Source: Gnetum montanum
Taxonomy: Eukaryota; Plantae; Gnetophyta
Reading direction: 5' to 3'
NCBI GenBank assembly: GCA_015680685.1
Contig: MNCI01000415.1
Coordinates: forward strand, 176,799 to 240,798
Length of the DNA stretch: 64,000 nucleotides
Shown: positions 12,086 to 24,987 of the stretch, piece by piece
Position numbering within the stretch: the first letter of the stretch is position 1
How the letters are laid out: every line of letters starts with the position of its first letter
Made by a program: the position numbers and the translations under genes
Notes under the pieces: generated by a model
What the model was told of the DNA's origin: nothing
Database searches by the model: none
The model's input: only the letters and a program-made list of their open reading frames with translations

Positions 12086-12270
12086 CCACTAAGGCCTAAA
12101 ATTGGCAACCTTGCAGCCCACTAAGGCCTAACATTGACAACCTTGTAGCTTGCTAAGGCCTAAAAATGAAAACCTTGTGGTCCTCTAAGGCCTAAAATTG
12201 GCAACCTTGTGGCCCACTAAGGCCTAAAATTGGAAAATTGCATGGCCCGCAATGGCATAAAATTGGGAAA
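12086..12270 (+). repeat. 32-bp tandem repeat x6 (cccactaaggcctaaaattggcaaccttgtgg)
   Basis: The aaggccta core occurs at 12091, 12123, 12155, 12187 and 12219, with a degenerate copy at ~12251. Confidence 0.95.
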
Positions 12271-12539
12271 TTATGTATCACTATTTATAACCTAGCTCAC
12301 ACCCTAATAACAAACACATAGTTGATTTCACCTTTTTATGACCAATTAAAATTGCATTAGTTAATCAACATAGCCTATGACATGAACTAAAATGTAAAAC
12401 ATACAACATATATAGAACATTAAATATTAAAACATAGAAACCAAATTAAAACTTAAAAAATGTCCAATGTCTTTAACCTAGTAACCAAGCTCACACCAGC
12501 CACAACAACATGATAACATCAACAACAAAATACCAGAGA

Positions 12540-14052
12540 TAACCAAAGACAATGACCAAATGATGGTGCACTTCTCTCTTCACCGCTAGGGTTGCTAGTG
12601 TTACCTAATGCCTATATCACAATGAGAAAAATTTAATCAGTAATTAACAATAGTCACAAAAACCCAAATTGAATTTGGAAAATTTTCTTACTAGAACTCC
12701 TAGTTAATGGTAAAATTAGCCATAGTAAAAACTCTAGGAAGGCTAGTTAAAATTTTCTAAAAATTCAAATGACTTTTAAGAACTAAAACCCACATGTAAA
12801 TAACTTTGTGAAACTTTGAACATAACTAAAAATAAATACACCAATAACACTAATGCTACTTGTATAGATGGGGAGATTTGTAGTTTTCATAGCCAAAACT
12901 ATAACTGTATGAAACAAGTTACACTTGGTTGAAAATGACAGAATAGGACTAAAAACATTTTTCTGAGTTGGGAATTGTGTGGGCATGAAACTCAAGAAAA
13001 TTGGACATCTACACTATAGTTCCAAGCTTAGGAAAAATTTAATACACCACATAAAGATTGAAAAACATTCAACCAAAAAATGCACAGGAACCAAAAATTG
13101 CAGAAAACATCTACAGTAGATGATCGATAAAAAATATCAAATTTTTTTTAAAACTTGTGAAACCATTACAAATCCTCCCTAACATGTTAGGATATTCCTA
13201 GGAACTTGGGATGTTGGCTGGAAAAATTTTCCAAAGTGCCAACATTGCCCATCTTCATAGGGGTAAGACCATGACAACCAAAACCACACTTTACACTAGT
13301 CTATTACAAAATTCACCGAAAATCAACCATGTAATCAAATTTGATCATTCCATATCCATTGGAACTATTAAACAAAAATACCAAAAACCCAAAACATGAA
13401 AACCAAAAAATTCTTAACTATTTTAACATAAAAAAATACCACAATACCATGAAAAATGGCCCAAAACTAAAAATCCACTCTGAACTAGCTTACAAAAAAA
13501 AAAAAAAATTTGTAGAAAATCAATCATAAGTTAGAATCTAGTGGTTCAAAAACTAGTTAGACCATTAAACATAGTACTAAAACTCCATGGTCATAAAAAC
13601 TAAAATTTCTAAATCGTTTGAAGAAAAAGAAATACAAAATTGATGTTTCTTTTTTTTTGGTCCAAAACTATAGAAAAATGCATGGAATTAATTGAAATTT
13701 TTTTTTAATTACACATACACCAATATAATAGCCAAAGAAACATAAAAAACCCATAAAAATAGACTAGATCTAACATAAGAATTTTACCAAATCAAATCTA
13801 CCTAATGAACAAAATCACACAACAAAAAATCCCTAGGATTTCAAGGAAATTTTGCATAAAATGGTTAGGATTTATGATCCTAGGAGTCATGGTAGTAGAG
13901 TCTTTAATAATCATTGGATATGGGAGGTGAGAGAGAACTTGTGCAGTAGCATCAACCTCATCCAAGGCTGGATTCCTACTAGTTAAAGCCTTCCTCTTCA
14001 ACATGTTGATGAACAATGTAGAAACAACCAAAATCCTTGAGCCTCTAGCCAT
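12540..14052 (-). pseudogene. Remnant of the antisense spacer gene in copy A (first and last exon homologues only)
   Basis: 12540-12611 matches the last exon (51177-51261 and 43553-43628). 13180-13270 matches intron 1 of copy C (55240-55330). ORF 13798-14052 ends in a motif matching the exon-1 end of copy B (~38410-38430). Confidence 0.55.
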
Positions 14053-14998
14053 CCTTTGACAGCTACATTGACCCCTTGGTGTAGAAAACTTGTGATTACG
14101 TTGAGCATGAAGGTAGTAGAGGCTAGAATAGGATCAAAGCTCCAGTGCTATGCACTACAATATGGGAGTGGTGTGGCAAGAATGATTTGTGCAAACTTGA
14201 AACAAGAAAATCACTCCCAAACTTATGTGCCTACCTTCAAAACCTTGGTTTTCCCAAATTGTTCATCTAAGTCATGTTGAACTCCATGATAACAATTGAA
14301 AAGAAAAACTATGTTGGGTGATTGGGAAACCAATTCATGCAAAAACTCAAATTTAGGATGGGTCCCACTAGGTGCATATGTAACAAGCTAATGGAAATCC
14401 TAACACACTTGGGGTTTTAGCTTCCCATGCTGACTACATTGGGGTTTAAGCATCTAGAAGCCTTGAAGTGGATTCCAAAATCTAAATAATACCAAAACCC
14501 ATCCCTTAACTGATCATACATCCCACAAAGCCTTATGTACAAATTGGGAAATTAGGTATTGGCATTGATAGAAACTAGATAATAAGGAAGCATAACATTC
14601 ACACCAAAATATGCTATTTAAGGTAACTACATTGACTAGTAGCCTGACTATGTTGGCCAATGTAGTCACAAGTCTGATAGTATATCTTTCCATCAAGCAA
14701 ACTCCTAACAGACTCCAAATTACTACCATACTATGCACCAAACCCTAACCAGAACCTCCGATAGCTCTGAAATTCCACAAAATTGGTCAAAAAAACATCA
14801 AAAATCATTTTTCTTACATGGACTATGCTAGGGGAGACCTCAACTATGTTGGCTAGCATAGTCTTAGTGTAGTTGAGCAAGGAATGAACATCAAAAATCA
14901 AAAATAGTCTCATAGATGACACACCTTGAATTCCAAAGCCTCTAGTAAGCTCGAAACCTAAGAAAATCAAGCAAAAATGGAAAATTTCCTACTCCCAT

Positions 14999-15794
14999 TG
15001 ATGAAGCATCTTCCTCAGGGTGCATCAATGGGATGCTGTTGACGTGATCTGGTCGATGTAGTCACATCAATGCATGGTTTGATGCATTGACATGATCTCA
15101 TTAATGTAATGTCTAGTCTTGCATTTTTTTCATTTGAATGTTAGAATATTTTCAAAGTGCTTGCAGTAGGAGTGAGATGTGTATGGATCTTTATTCAAGC
15201 ATTGATGTACCTAAGAACCTCATTGTGAACGACAATAAAGGTGAGATTTCTTCATAAACCTTGTAGCACTTAGAGTTAGTTTAGTGTTTACTTAATGTAT
15301 TTATTATTTGAGTAATTTACTTTAATTATTTTAATTAATTAATTACTTAATTAATGATTAATTAATATACATAAGTACAACCATTTCAAGAATATGTTAA
15401 TGTTTGGTAATCCTAGTAGTGCTTAATGCTTGGTAACTTATTAATGTTGCAACATGGTTCAGGATGTGTATAGCAAATGGGAACATATGCTTATGTTAGG
15501 AGTCATTAAGATATTAGTTTGTTATTAGATTAATTAAACACTTAATTGCATTACTTCTAGCACTTAGGTGATTTAAATAATAAATATAAAATGATAAAAA
15601 TCATATGCCTCAGCTACACTTAACCATACACTAGCACTTCAAAAGTGAAACTGAGAAGACAATGATCATATCCATTAAATTCATACCTAGGAAAAGTGTA
15701 GTTAGAGAGCTAAAGTATATGAAATTCAACCGAATCACTTAGTGAATGCTAGTAATTCATATGATTGGGTGTAGGGGGTACTCGTTGCTCATCA
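14999..15794 (+). repeat. 5' LTR of element 2
   Basis: TGATG start and CATCA end, followed by a PBS. 15141-15794 aligns with 27888-28538. Confidence 0.9.
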
Positions 15795-15795
15795 T

Positions 15796-15813
15796 TAGTG
15801 TTGCTTCCGAGGA
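15796..15813 (+). promoter_or_regulatory. Decayed primer-binding site, tRNA-Asp type
   Basis: tagtgttgcttccgagga versus the Athila-type TGGCGCCGTTGCCGGGGA: 11/18 identical, mismatches mostly C>T/G>A; immediately after the LTR. Confidence 0.65.
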
Positions 15814-15989
15814 CTTTAGTTAGCTACGTGCGCTATTTAGGAGTTAGTGAAATTATTCAATGACATTGTAACAAACTTGAAAGTTAACATTGTTAAAAGA
15901 ACTAATAACAACAATAAGAGCACATTTTTTTTCTTCCAAGCTAATACACTGTACAAAGGTGGATCCAATTAACAAAGGTGTGAATGGTC

Positions 15990-18900
15990 AAAACCACTAG
16001 TGCGCCAACAATGCAAAGTGGTATATACTCATCCCATTGAGTATGTACTAGACTTCATCTTCATCCTACATCAGGATGAACAACTATGGTGGAAGAAAAT
16101 GGAGGGCAACATTGTGTTATCGTCTAATTGATTAGTTCCCATGATGCTTCCCCAAACTCTCATGAAATTGGGCATCAAGGGGCTCAATGCTGAATACATT
16201 GTGCAGGACCATGACTATCGGGATTATCATCCCACTAAGGCACAACATTAAAAAGATTGATAATAGGAGATGCACTATGAGGCATCAAAGAGGAAACGGT
16301 TCACAAACCCCTTATTCCTACTAAGCCAAAAGAAAGGTGAGGATTCCTTCTCTGGGGATTCTCAAAATACTAACTTTCCTCCCTTCTTCTTTGATGAAGG
16401 AGACCCTACTAGAATTTATAGTCCATTGTAAACAATCTTGGTTTGAGGAAGAATGGGTCCCATGCCCATGAGGGCTCTAAAGAAGGGAGTCAAGGTAGGA
16501 ACCAGGACAAACACCATGACAAAGATAGACATGGTGAACATGGCCATGACCAAAGGAGAGGAAGTAGTAAGCATAATGTTGGTGTTGGCTCTCCTTCCTC
16601 TTCACCTTCGACGTCCTCATATTCTTCTTCCTCTAGCTCCAACTGAAGTCATAAAGGACATGACATGATGGAGGTGATTAGCAAGATAGAGATGATCATA
16701 GGGCCCATTGGACTAGTAAAGACTAGGGACAAGGGTAATCAAGTGAGGCCCACCATCATGAACAAAGGAAAAGTAAAGGATATCATAGGCATCATGGCCA
16801 TCATAGAGGCTATGACTATGATGAGCCTTTGCTTGCATTAAGAAAGATGTTGAATATTGTAGAAGCCATAAGAATTCCAACAAGGCATATGAAAAACAAC
16901 AAAATCAAATGGTTGGATATGAAAAATACCGCCAAGTTCAAAGGGGGATATAATTGAAATCTAAAAAATCATCTTCAAGCCTTTCACAATGCCTGTGCCT
17001 TATAGAACATTGAAAATTAATGGAAAAAATTAAAGTTGTTGCCAAGGATACTCATCAAAGATGCTGAAAGTTGGTACCAGTTCTTAGAATTGGAATAAAT
17101 TAGATAATGGAGTATGATGCTTGAACTTTTCAATGAAAAGTATCAAACGTACTCTTGAGTGTCTAATCTAAGGAAGTAGATTCAACAATGGAGACAAGGA
17201 ATACATGAATCATTAGATGTAGCCATGGGTAGATATTTATCTCTATTTCCCAAGTGCCCAAGCCATGGATTTTCTCAAAAGGAGCAGCTCTGCCATATCA
17301 TGGATGGGCTTTGAATAGAAATGAGAAGAACTCTTGGGATCTATGCTTAAGGAAGACTTTTAGAACTAAGGGTCCATCATATCCAAAGGCTGATTGAGTA
17401 AGTGGCCAAAGAAGAAGGCAAATTGAAAAAGAGGAAAAGTGTGGAGGAGTACAGCCAAGACCCTTCCACCCAAAAAAGGGAAGTCCAATTCTATGATAAT
17501 GAGGAGGAGGCACTACTTGATGAAGTGATGCAATGCAAGACCTTGGAAATCAAAAAATTTATTTTTGAAATATTGGCCAAGGTGAACAAAATGTGGGATT
17601 CTTTGGAAAATAAATTTCAAAATGCTCTTAGAATCGTGGAAGAGTTCAAAGAGTAAAGTAGTGGTTATGATCAAAGGAGAATGAAAGAAGAAAAACATGC
17701 CCATTAAAGGGGTAAGGGAAAATTTGCTACCATTGAAGAGGTTGTGGAATCTAAGACAGATGATGATGGTGGATGTGACATCTACCAATATAAACATTCT
17801 AAGGAATGTTGCCCTATTGTGTCACACTTACAAGAGTCTAGGGTGTATGCACTGAATCCTAAATTAGCAAGAAGACAAGCACCCAAGAAATTTCCTTATC
17901 CTTAAGGTAACTACATGTAGTTTCACTAACAACAAGATTACTATTTAAGTGGAGCTCCACTCCAACCTCATGAGAAATACCAACAATGCTAGCATCCATC
18001 GTCATGGTGGATGCCACCACCAAGAAAATAGTATCCTTGAAGGTAGCCAAATCCATATGGGTACTATGTTTAACCAATTTCTTCACATGACTCTTCCAAT
18101 CATGCATCTTTCCAATAATACTACTACCCTCCTAAATACTATAGAGGTCAATCTCCAAGAGGAGAATCCCCATTTATATTCTACCCTCCTCATCCTTTTG
18201 CACTTGTACCTCTACTCTTAACTCAATTGCCACCAACTCTATCCATGTAGGGTGAAATTCCTACCTAGCTACAACAAAGAAATGCCATAAGGGCTATTAA
18301 CTTATAGCTAGCTCCTTAGCTAAGTGGTTCAGAGAAAAAATCCTAAAAAAGACCTTTCTTCCAAAGAAATAGTCCTTCTAAGCCCTCATAGACACTTGTG
18401 GTTGATGACCTTGCTTCTCCCTCATCCCCTGCTACATCATTTGAGAGCTCTTCAAACCAAATGCATTCTAAGGTTCATAATGTAATGTTGACACATGTCA
18501 TCATAGATTAGATTAAGGTTGTCCACCTTTCTAGGAAAAGATGTGATCATGGGAATCCCCTAATTTATTTGCAAATTTCTAGGAATGAGCCTTGCAAGGC
18601 TCGTTTGGACTTAGTTTTTAGTATGAATTTGATCTTCCATGAAATGTACAAATCTTGGAACCTGCCTCCTATAAAGAAGAGCAATATTCATCTTGAGTTG
18701 GTGGATTAATTCATCATTATTCCTTTGGGATTGGTGAAGGACATTTTGACCATTGTTTGTGGGTCATCTTATCCTATTGACTTCCTAGTGATTTATGTAG
18801 AAAACTACAAGGGTACCTTCCTAATCATCATGAAAAGGACTTGGCTAAGCACCATAGATGCATGGTAGGGAATTAGAGATCTCTCCTTGAAAAATTTCAA

Positions 18901-21900
18901 GAAAAATGAATTTGGAAAGATTGAGAGGAAGTGCATTTCATGCATCGTATATAGTAACATAGGGTGCAATTGCGTGTAGAAAGTATGGACTGTGAAAAGC
19001 ACATCTATCACAACATGCAGATAGTGTGCCAATGTGACAAAAATACAAAGGTGCTTGTACATAGTAGCCACAAAATAGGAGGGCAACTAGTGGATGATAG
19101 CTAATGTAAAATGCAATTTAACAATATGGATGGAACTAACTAAGAGTCTTACGATTGCCTACATTGAAGGCATGGATGAATTGGAGCAAGTTCATGGCAA
19201 ACTCTCTAATGGTAAACCTAATGACACTAACTGGGAAGAGTTGGAGATCCCTGAAAGCTCTAAATAGGAGCCCTTTGAGTTGAAAAATTTGTTGGTTGGA
19301 ATGGAGTATGCTTTTCTAAAAAATAGTAGGTGAGTCATTATTAATGGCAACCTTGCTCCTATGCAGAAAAAGAACCTATTAGAGATGGTCAATAAATGGT
19401 CAACAACCTTTGCCTAATCATATCATGAGCTGATTAGAATTAATCCAAGGATATGCTAGCATCACATCTACACATATGCCTCCATCAAGCTAAAAAGATA
19501 GCCATAGTGGTAGTTGAACCCCAAATTGAAGTAGATCATAAAGGAGGATATTGAACAACTCCTCAAGGTAGGGTTCATCTATACCATTATGGATAGCAAG
19601 TGGGTTAGCCCACTTGTGATAGTTCTAAAGAAAGGTGGCAAATGGAGGGTTAGCATTGATTTCAGGTTGTTGAACATGGTAGCATACAAAGATCATTTTC
19701 TATTATCATTTGCGGACTAGGTGTTGGACATCATTTTTGGGCATTACTACTATAGCTTTTGGATGGTTATAGTGGATATAACCAAATTCAGATAGATGTA
19801 GAGGACTAGGCAAAAAAAAAAAAAAACATTCATGAGTTCCTAGGGGACTTTTGCATACAGAGAGATGCCATTTGGCCTATGTAATGTCCCTACCACATTC
19901 CAACGCCTTATCTTGAGCATCTTCCAACAATAAATTGGTAGTGGGATGGAAGCTTTTATGGATGAGTTCTCCACCTATGGTGTTACATTTGAGAAAGCTC
20001 TATACCATCTTGAGCAATTGTTGAAAAGGTGTGTGGAGATGAACCTTATGCTTAACTAGTAGAAAATTCATTTGATGGTCTAGGAAGATATTGTGTTGGG
20101 ACATAGAATATCAGAATAAAGGATCATGGTGGATCCTCAAAAAAAAATAAGGGTCATCCAAGGAATTACCAGATAGCTAAAAATAATTAAAGATATGAGG
20201 TCATTCCTTAGACACACTGGTTACTACCATCGATTCATTGAGAATTTCTCTAAGATCACTAAAACATTGGTAGATTTGACAGAGAAGGATACTTTGTTTG
20301 TTTGGACCAAGAAATATGAATGTGCATTCTAGTAGCTGAAAGAGAAGCTTGTGGAAACTCCAATTCAATGAACACTTGATTGGTCTAGACCCTTTCACAT
20401 CATGATGGATGCTTTCAATTATGTCTTGGGGGCCATGCTCACATAGTTTGATGATTAGAAATATCCATACTATATCCATTATGCAAGCAGAAGCATTATG
20501 GGTGCATAGCTGAACTACACCATAATAGAAAAAGAATTAATGGTAGGGGTGTTCACCTTGGAGAAATTCAAGCACTATCTACTTGGGTACAAGGTGTTTA
20601 TGCACACATACTACAATGTAATCTAATTCCTAATGAATAAATCAACGGTGAGCCCCTATGTCATATTGTGGTTGGTGATCTTGTAGGAATTTAATCTTAT
20701 AATGATAGATTGAAAGGGAATTGAAAGCATGGTTGCTAACCACTTATCTTAGTTGTGATGGGACAACAAAGAGGAGTAGAGCCCACTATCAAATCAGTTT
20801 CTTGATGAACTCCTCTTTTCCAAGGCTATAATTGAACAAATGCCCAATGAACCAATTGGTATGATGACATTCTGACCTATCTTCTCACTCAAGAGATGCC
20901 ATAGGATTGGGACAATAGGAAGAAATAACAATTTCTTTACTAGGAGAAAAACTTCATGAAAATCAATAAACACCTTTACAAGATGTGTGTTCATGACCTA
21001 GTTTGTTCATATGTTTTTAATGCTAATCAACTGCATGTTCTCCAAGATGCTCATAAGAGCCCTGGTGGGAGCCACTATGTTGGAAGAGATATGATCATTA
21101 AGATCTACATGGCAACATATTATTGGCCAATACTTTTCAGGAATTCTCACCACTTCATCCAGTCCTATGAATGCTATCAATGTGATTGTGGGATGACCAC
21201 TTGTATGGAGGGACCTTAATAATGGATCCAACCATTGGAGCCCTTTGACATCTGGGGCATTAACTTCATGGATCTCAACACACCCATGTCAAATGCAAAG
21301 GCATACATGATAGTTGCTATTGAATATTATATGAAATGGGTAGAAGTTGCAGCTATCATTGATTACAAATCTTCCACAACTACTTAGTTTGTATAATAAT
21401 ATGTTGTAAACAGGTTTGGGATGCCATGTGTACTTATTTCTGATAATGGTACTCATTTCATAGGCACTACCTTTTAGAAGCTTATGTAATGCTTGGGGGT
21501 TGAACATAAATTAATAAGAATCTATCCCCCTCAAGCCAATGGTTAAGTAGAGCTTACCAATAGGAAAATCACAAAGATACTAACTAGAACTCTTGGTAAA
21601 CATAGGAGGGATTGGAGCACAAGAATCCACTATGCCCTTTGGACCTACTGCTCCATATGAAAACTTCCTATTGGCTACTCTCTCTATGAGCTTGTGTACA
21701 GAAAATTGCCAATACTTCCAATTTAAGCCAAAATTCATACACTATTAATAGCTTATGACCTTAACCTTGACCTAAGTCTAGAACAAAACAAAGATTGATA
21801 AATCTCAACTTGCTAGACAGGAACTGATTGGTAGCCCTATCATCTAAAAAGTTGCACAAGGAATTCAATGAGCAACACCATGACCTTAGGATACAAAAAG

Positions 21901-22100
21901 TAAAATTTCAACTAGGAGATAGAGTCCTCTATTGGAACCCCACACACACATAGCATAAAGAACCAAGTTTTAAATGTTGTGGAAAGGACCTTATATTATC
22001 TACGAAACCTTTTCTTCTGGGGCCATGTTAATATACAAACTTGAGAGTCCTAATAAGAAATTACTAGTCAACATGCAACAAATCAAACCTTTCCATGAGC
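15990..22100 (+). pseudogene. Degenerate gag-pol of element 2 (N-terminal extension, gag, PR, RT, RNase H, INT)
   Basis: Gag HLQAF...C...LKLLP..L.KDAESWY...CPSHG (~16970-17270); PR D.GNP...LDL...NLI (~18545-18860); RT SKWVSPLVIV.KKGGKWRV, LDGYSGYNQI, MPFGLCN.PTTFQR, FMDEFS (19955); RH MDAFNYVLGAML, NYTIIEKEL; INT PFDIWGINFM, FGMPCVLISDNGTHF, PQANG.VELTN, WKGPY (~21980). Confidence 0.93.
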
Positions 22101-22198
22101 CTAAGAGAGCTAGTGACCAAAACACCTCAATGGATGGACATGCACACTTAATTTTTCAGATCTCCTTCCTCCAACTTAATCATGAGGGAGATGGTCAT

Positions 22199-22995
22199 TG
22201 ATGAGTGGCAAGGTACCCCTACACTCAACCATACGAATACGAGCGTAACACATGCGATCCCGTTGAACTCTGTAGACTAAGTGCCTACACACCTCATGGA
22301 ACACTTAAGGTTAATTATTCATTATCTTTCGAGGCTTACTTGTAGTTGTCACGGTGTATGGTTAAGTAAGTCTGAGGTATATGATTTTTATAGCTTTTTG
22401 ATTTTATCTCCTATGCTAGTGAGGTGAAGGGTTGAAGAGACTAATTGACTAACTCTAACTAATTAACTAAGACTTAATTAACCTAGCATCAACATCTATT
22501 CCCACTTACTGTTCACACCCTGAACCAATGCAACCTTGGTTACCAAACGCTAGTCGTTGTTGGGATCACCAAGCGTAACGCACGTGCTCGAAGCGATCGT
22601 ACTGAGGCACTTAACTAGGAGAGAAGGGTTGAAAGAGATTTAATAACTAATAAAGAATTTAAAGGATAAACAATAAATAACAGTAAATAAAATCCTATTT
22701 AGCCTATTCCATGCACTGCAAGGTTTATCCAAGAAGTTCATCTTTATTTTTGTACACAAATATGTGTTTAGGTACAATATCTGCTCGAATAAAGATCCGT
22801 TCACTTTGGAACTCCTACTATGGGCACATGGAAAATATTCTCTTTGGAGAGGTAAAATTGCCAGAGTTTCGCTAAGGGTCTAGATCTAGATGAGAAAACA
22901 AGGGAGAGCCACCTCTTATTTATAGATATGACGGCACACCGCGATATCGCGTACGCAATATCATGACGGAAGCGATGCAATATCACGTCCCATCA
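22199..22995 (-). mobile_element. Solo LTR (797 bp) of the element-1 family inserted just after the integrase of element 2
   Basis: Perfect TSD gtcat at 22194-22198 and 22996-23000; TGATG...CATCA termini; the reverse complement matches LTR 4264-5174. The homologous empty site is visible at ~2410-2425. Confidence 0.96.
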
Positions 22996-24542
22996 GTCAT
23001 CCATGTTAATTAATCAAAGTGGCTCCTTAGTTTTTCATTTTTTCTATTTTGCAAATTTTTTGTTTTACACCATCTTAAGTACAATTTTCTCTTTCTTAAA
23101 TATTTTACAATTTCTTCTATATTTTACTTAATTTGGTGTGGAATTTTCTAATGCTTTTTTTATGTTTGTTTTGTTTTTGTTTATTGCTACTAGGACTAAG
23201 GGCAACTATAATTGTTGATTGATGGGGGGTTTTTACTATAATGATAGTTGATTGCTAATTTCTTAATTCTATCTTTGAATTTTGGTATTGATAATAAAGG
23301 CATGGTTTCTTTTTCATGATAATAGGTAGTGAGTCCATGTCATCCACCCATTAACAAAACTCTATGGTGTTCCCTTGTTTTGAAAATATACTGTCCCTTC
23401 TTAAATGAAACTTATAATGAACTTATGACCTTGGTAGTTTTCAAACTTGTAAAGGATTAAAGGATAGACAAGGGTGTGACTCCAAGGGAATTTGATGCTC
23501 TTTGTACTTTCCTACCCTTTTGGGTGCATGAGTGTTTTCATGGATTTCTTACCATTTTGCTGTCCACCAATAATAGGAAGCTGAAAGTCTTTGCATGGTG
23601 TGGTTCCCATTAAAACTAAACAAAAATAGAAAACAAAAAAAATAGAAAAAAATAATGAGAATTCAAAGCACACCCCTTTGATGAAATAACAGGCTACAAG
23701 CACTGTTTATGGAACTAGAAAGACATGTTATCCATGCTTGAAGGTCCCCTCTAACTAAGGCCCATCTCACTTCCTACTTCTCTTTTCTTTTGTTTTAGGA
23801 ATGGTGATTGATCTATGGGGATAGTCTTATGCCTTGAGGGGGTGGACTAGTTTTGGAGTGTCAATGTGAAGTCATTAAGAGTAGTTGGTTTTAATTTAGA
23901 TTATGGATGGATGTTATCAGGTCATATTAACCACAAAATCCACAAGGGACTTCATATGATCATGATACATGACTCCATTTTACTCTTCACCTCATCCACC
24001 TATGCTTCCCATAACTCACCTCACTATTGTTTTTCATGCCTTGTCTAATGTCTTGGTTTGATATCTCAAAATTCTTAGGTAGTTTCTTACAGGATTTAGT
24101 TCATAACTATTCATAACCATTAATCACCCATGGGACCCATGAACTCCTTGGTTTGAGGACATGTAAGGGCATGAGCCTACATGGGGAGGACTCACTTGCA
24201 TACTCCTTGGTTGGGCTAGTTATGTTCCTTATTCCTTAGACATTTTTGCATTTAAATCATTCATGCTTCGCATTTAAATGATTATGTCTAGTTTTACACT
24301 CCTTTTTAAATTTTCTTCAATCATTCTTCCAATAAAATAAAATTTTCTTTTTGTAAATTATCTAGTTCTTTTCAAGCATTTCTTCATGTTAATGGCCTTT
24401 CTAGGTCTCTGGGGACTTCAATTTTATGCAAAAACTCTTTATTTTTCCTCAAATATCCAAAGAAATTTTTTTGTCTTTTGGCCATGTTAGTGGGATCCCA
24501 TCGATGCAACCCCTCATGTCAATGCAACCCTATATAAAATCC

Positions 24543-24987
24543 TATAAATATAGCACATCACTTTTAAAATTTTTTCCATTTGCTTTCAAATAGTAAATGT
24601 GTTTTTGCAGTTTTCAAAGCCCAAAACCTTCTAGAGCCCCATAACTTTCACTTCACTTGTCTGATTAACCTCATTGTTCATTCCTACAGCTACTAGAGGT
24701 GAGCTCTACATTGTGGGGGCCATAAACCTTAGGTTTTTGATGAAATTTTTTTCATAAATTTTCTAACCCATGAGGTTTAGCCAATAAAATAATATTAAAA
24801 TCACTAATTAATGAGAGTTAAGCCTTGCCAACAAACTCTTGTAGACATTAAAATAAAATAATATTAAAATAATCAAACCAATCATAATCACAAATTAGCC
24901 AAGTGTAACTAACCCAAAAAGATAAATTACCAAAGTGTTCCAAAGTTACATACCAAATGCTAATCCTTGATCATGTTGTGATTACAA
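24543..24987 (+). promoter_or_regulatory. Putative internal promoter and 5'-UTR intron for the extra ORF
   Basis: TATAAATA at 24543-24550; donor GAG|GTGAGC at 24699; branch-like TGCTAAT at 24958; TTACAA|ATG (decayed CAG) at 24988. The same signals are present in element 1. Confidence 0.55.

Noticed and set aside
16443-16668. His/Ser-rich small ORFs as independent genes
   Set aside because: They are part of the low-complexity linker in the decayed gag region.
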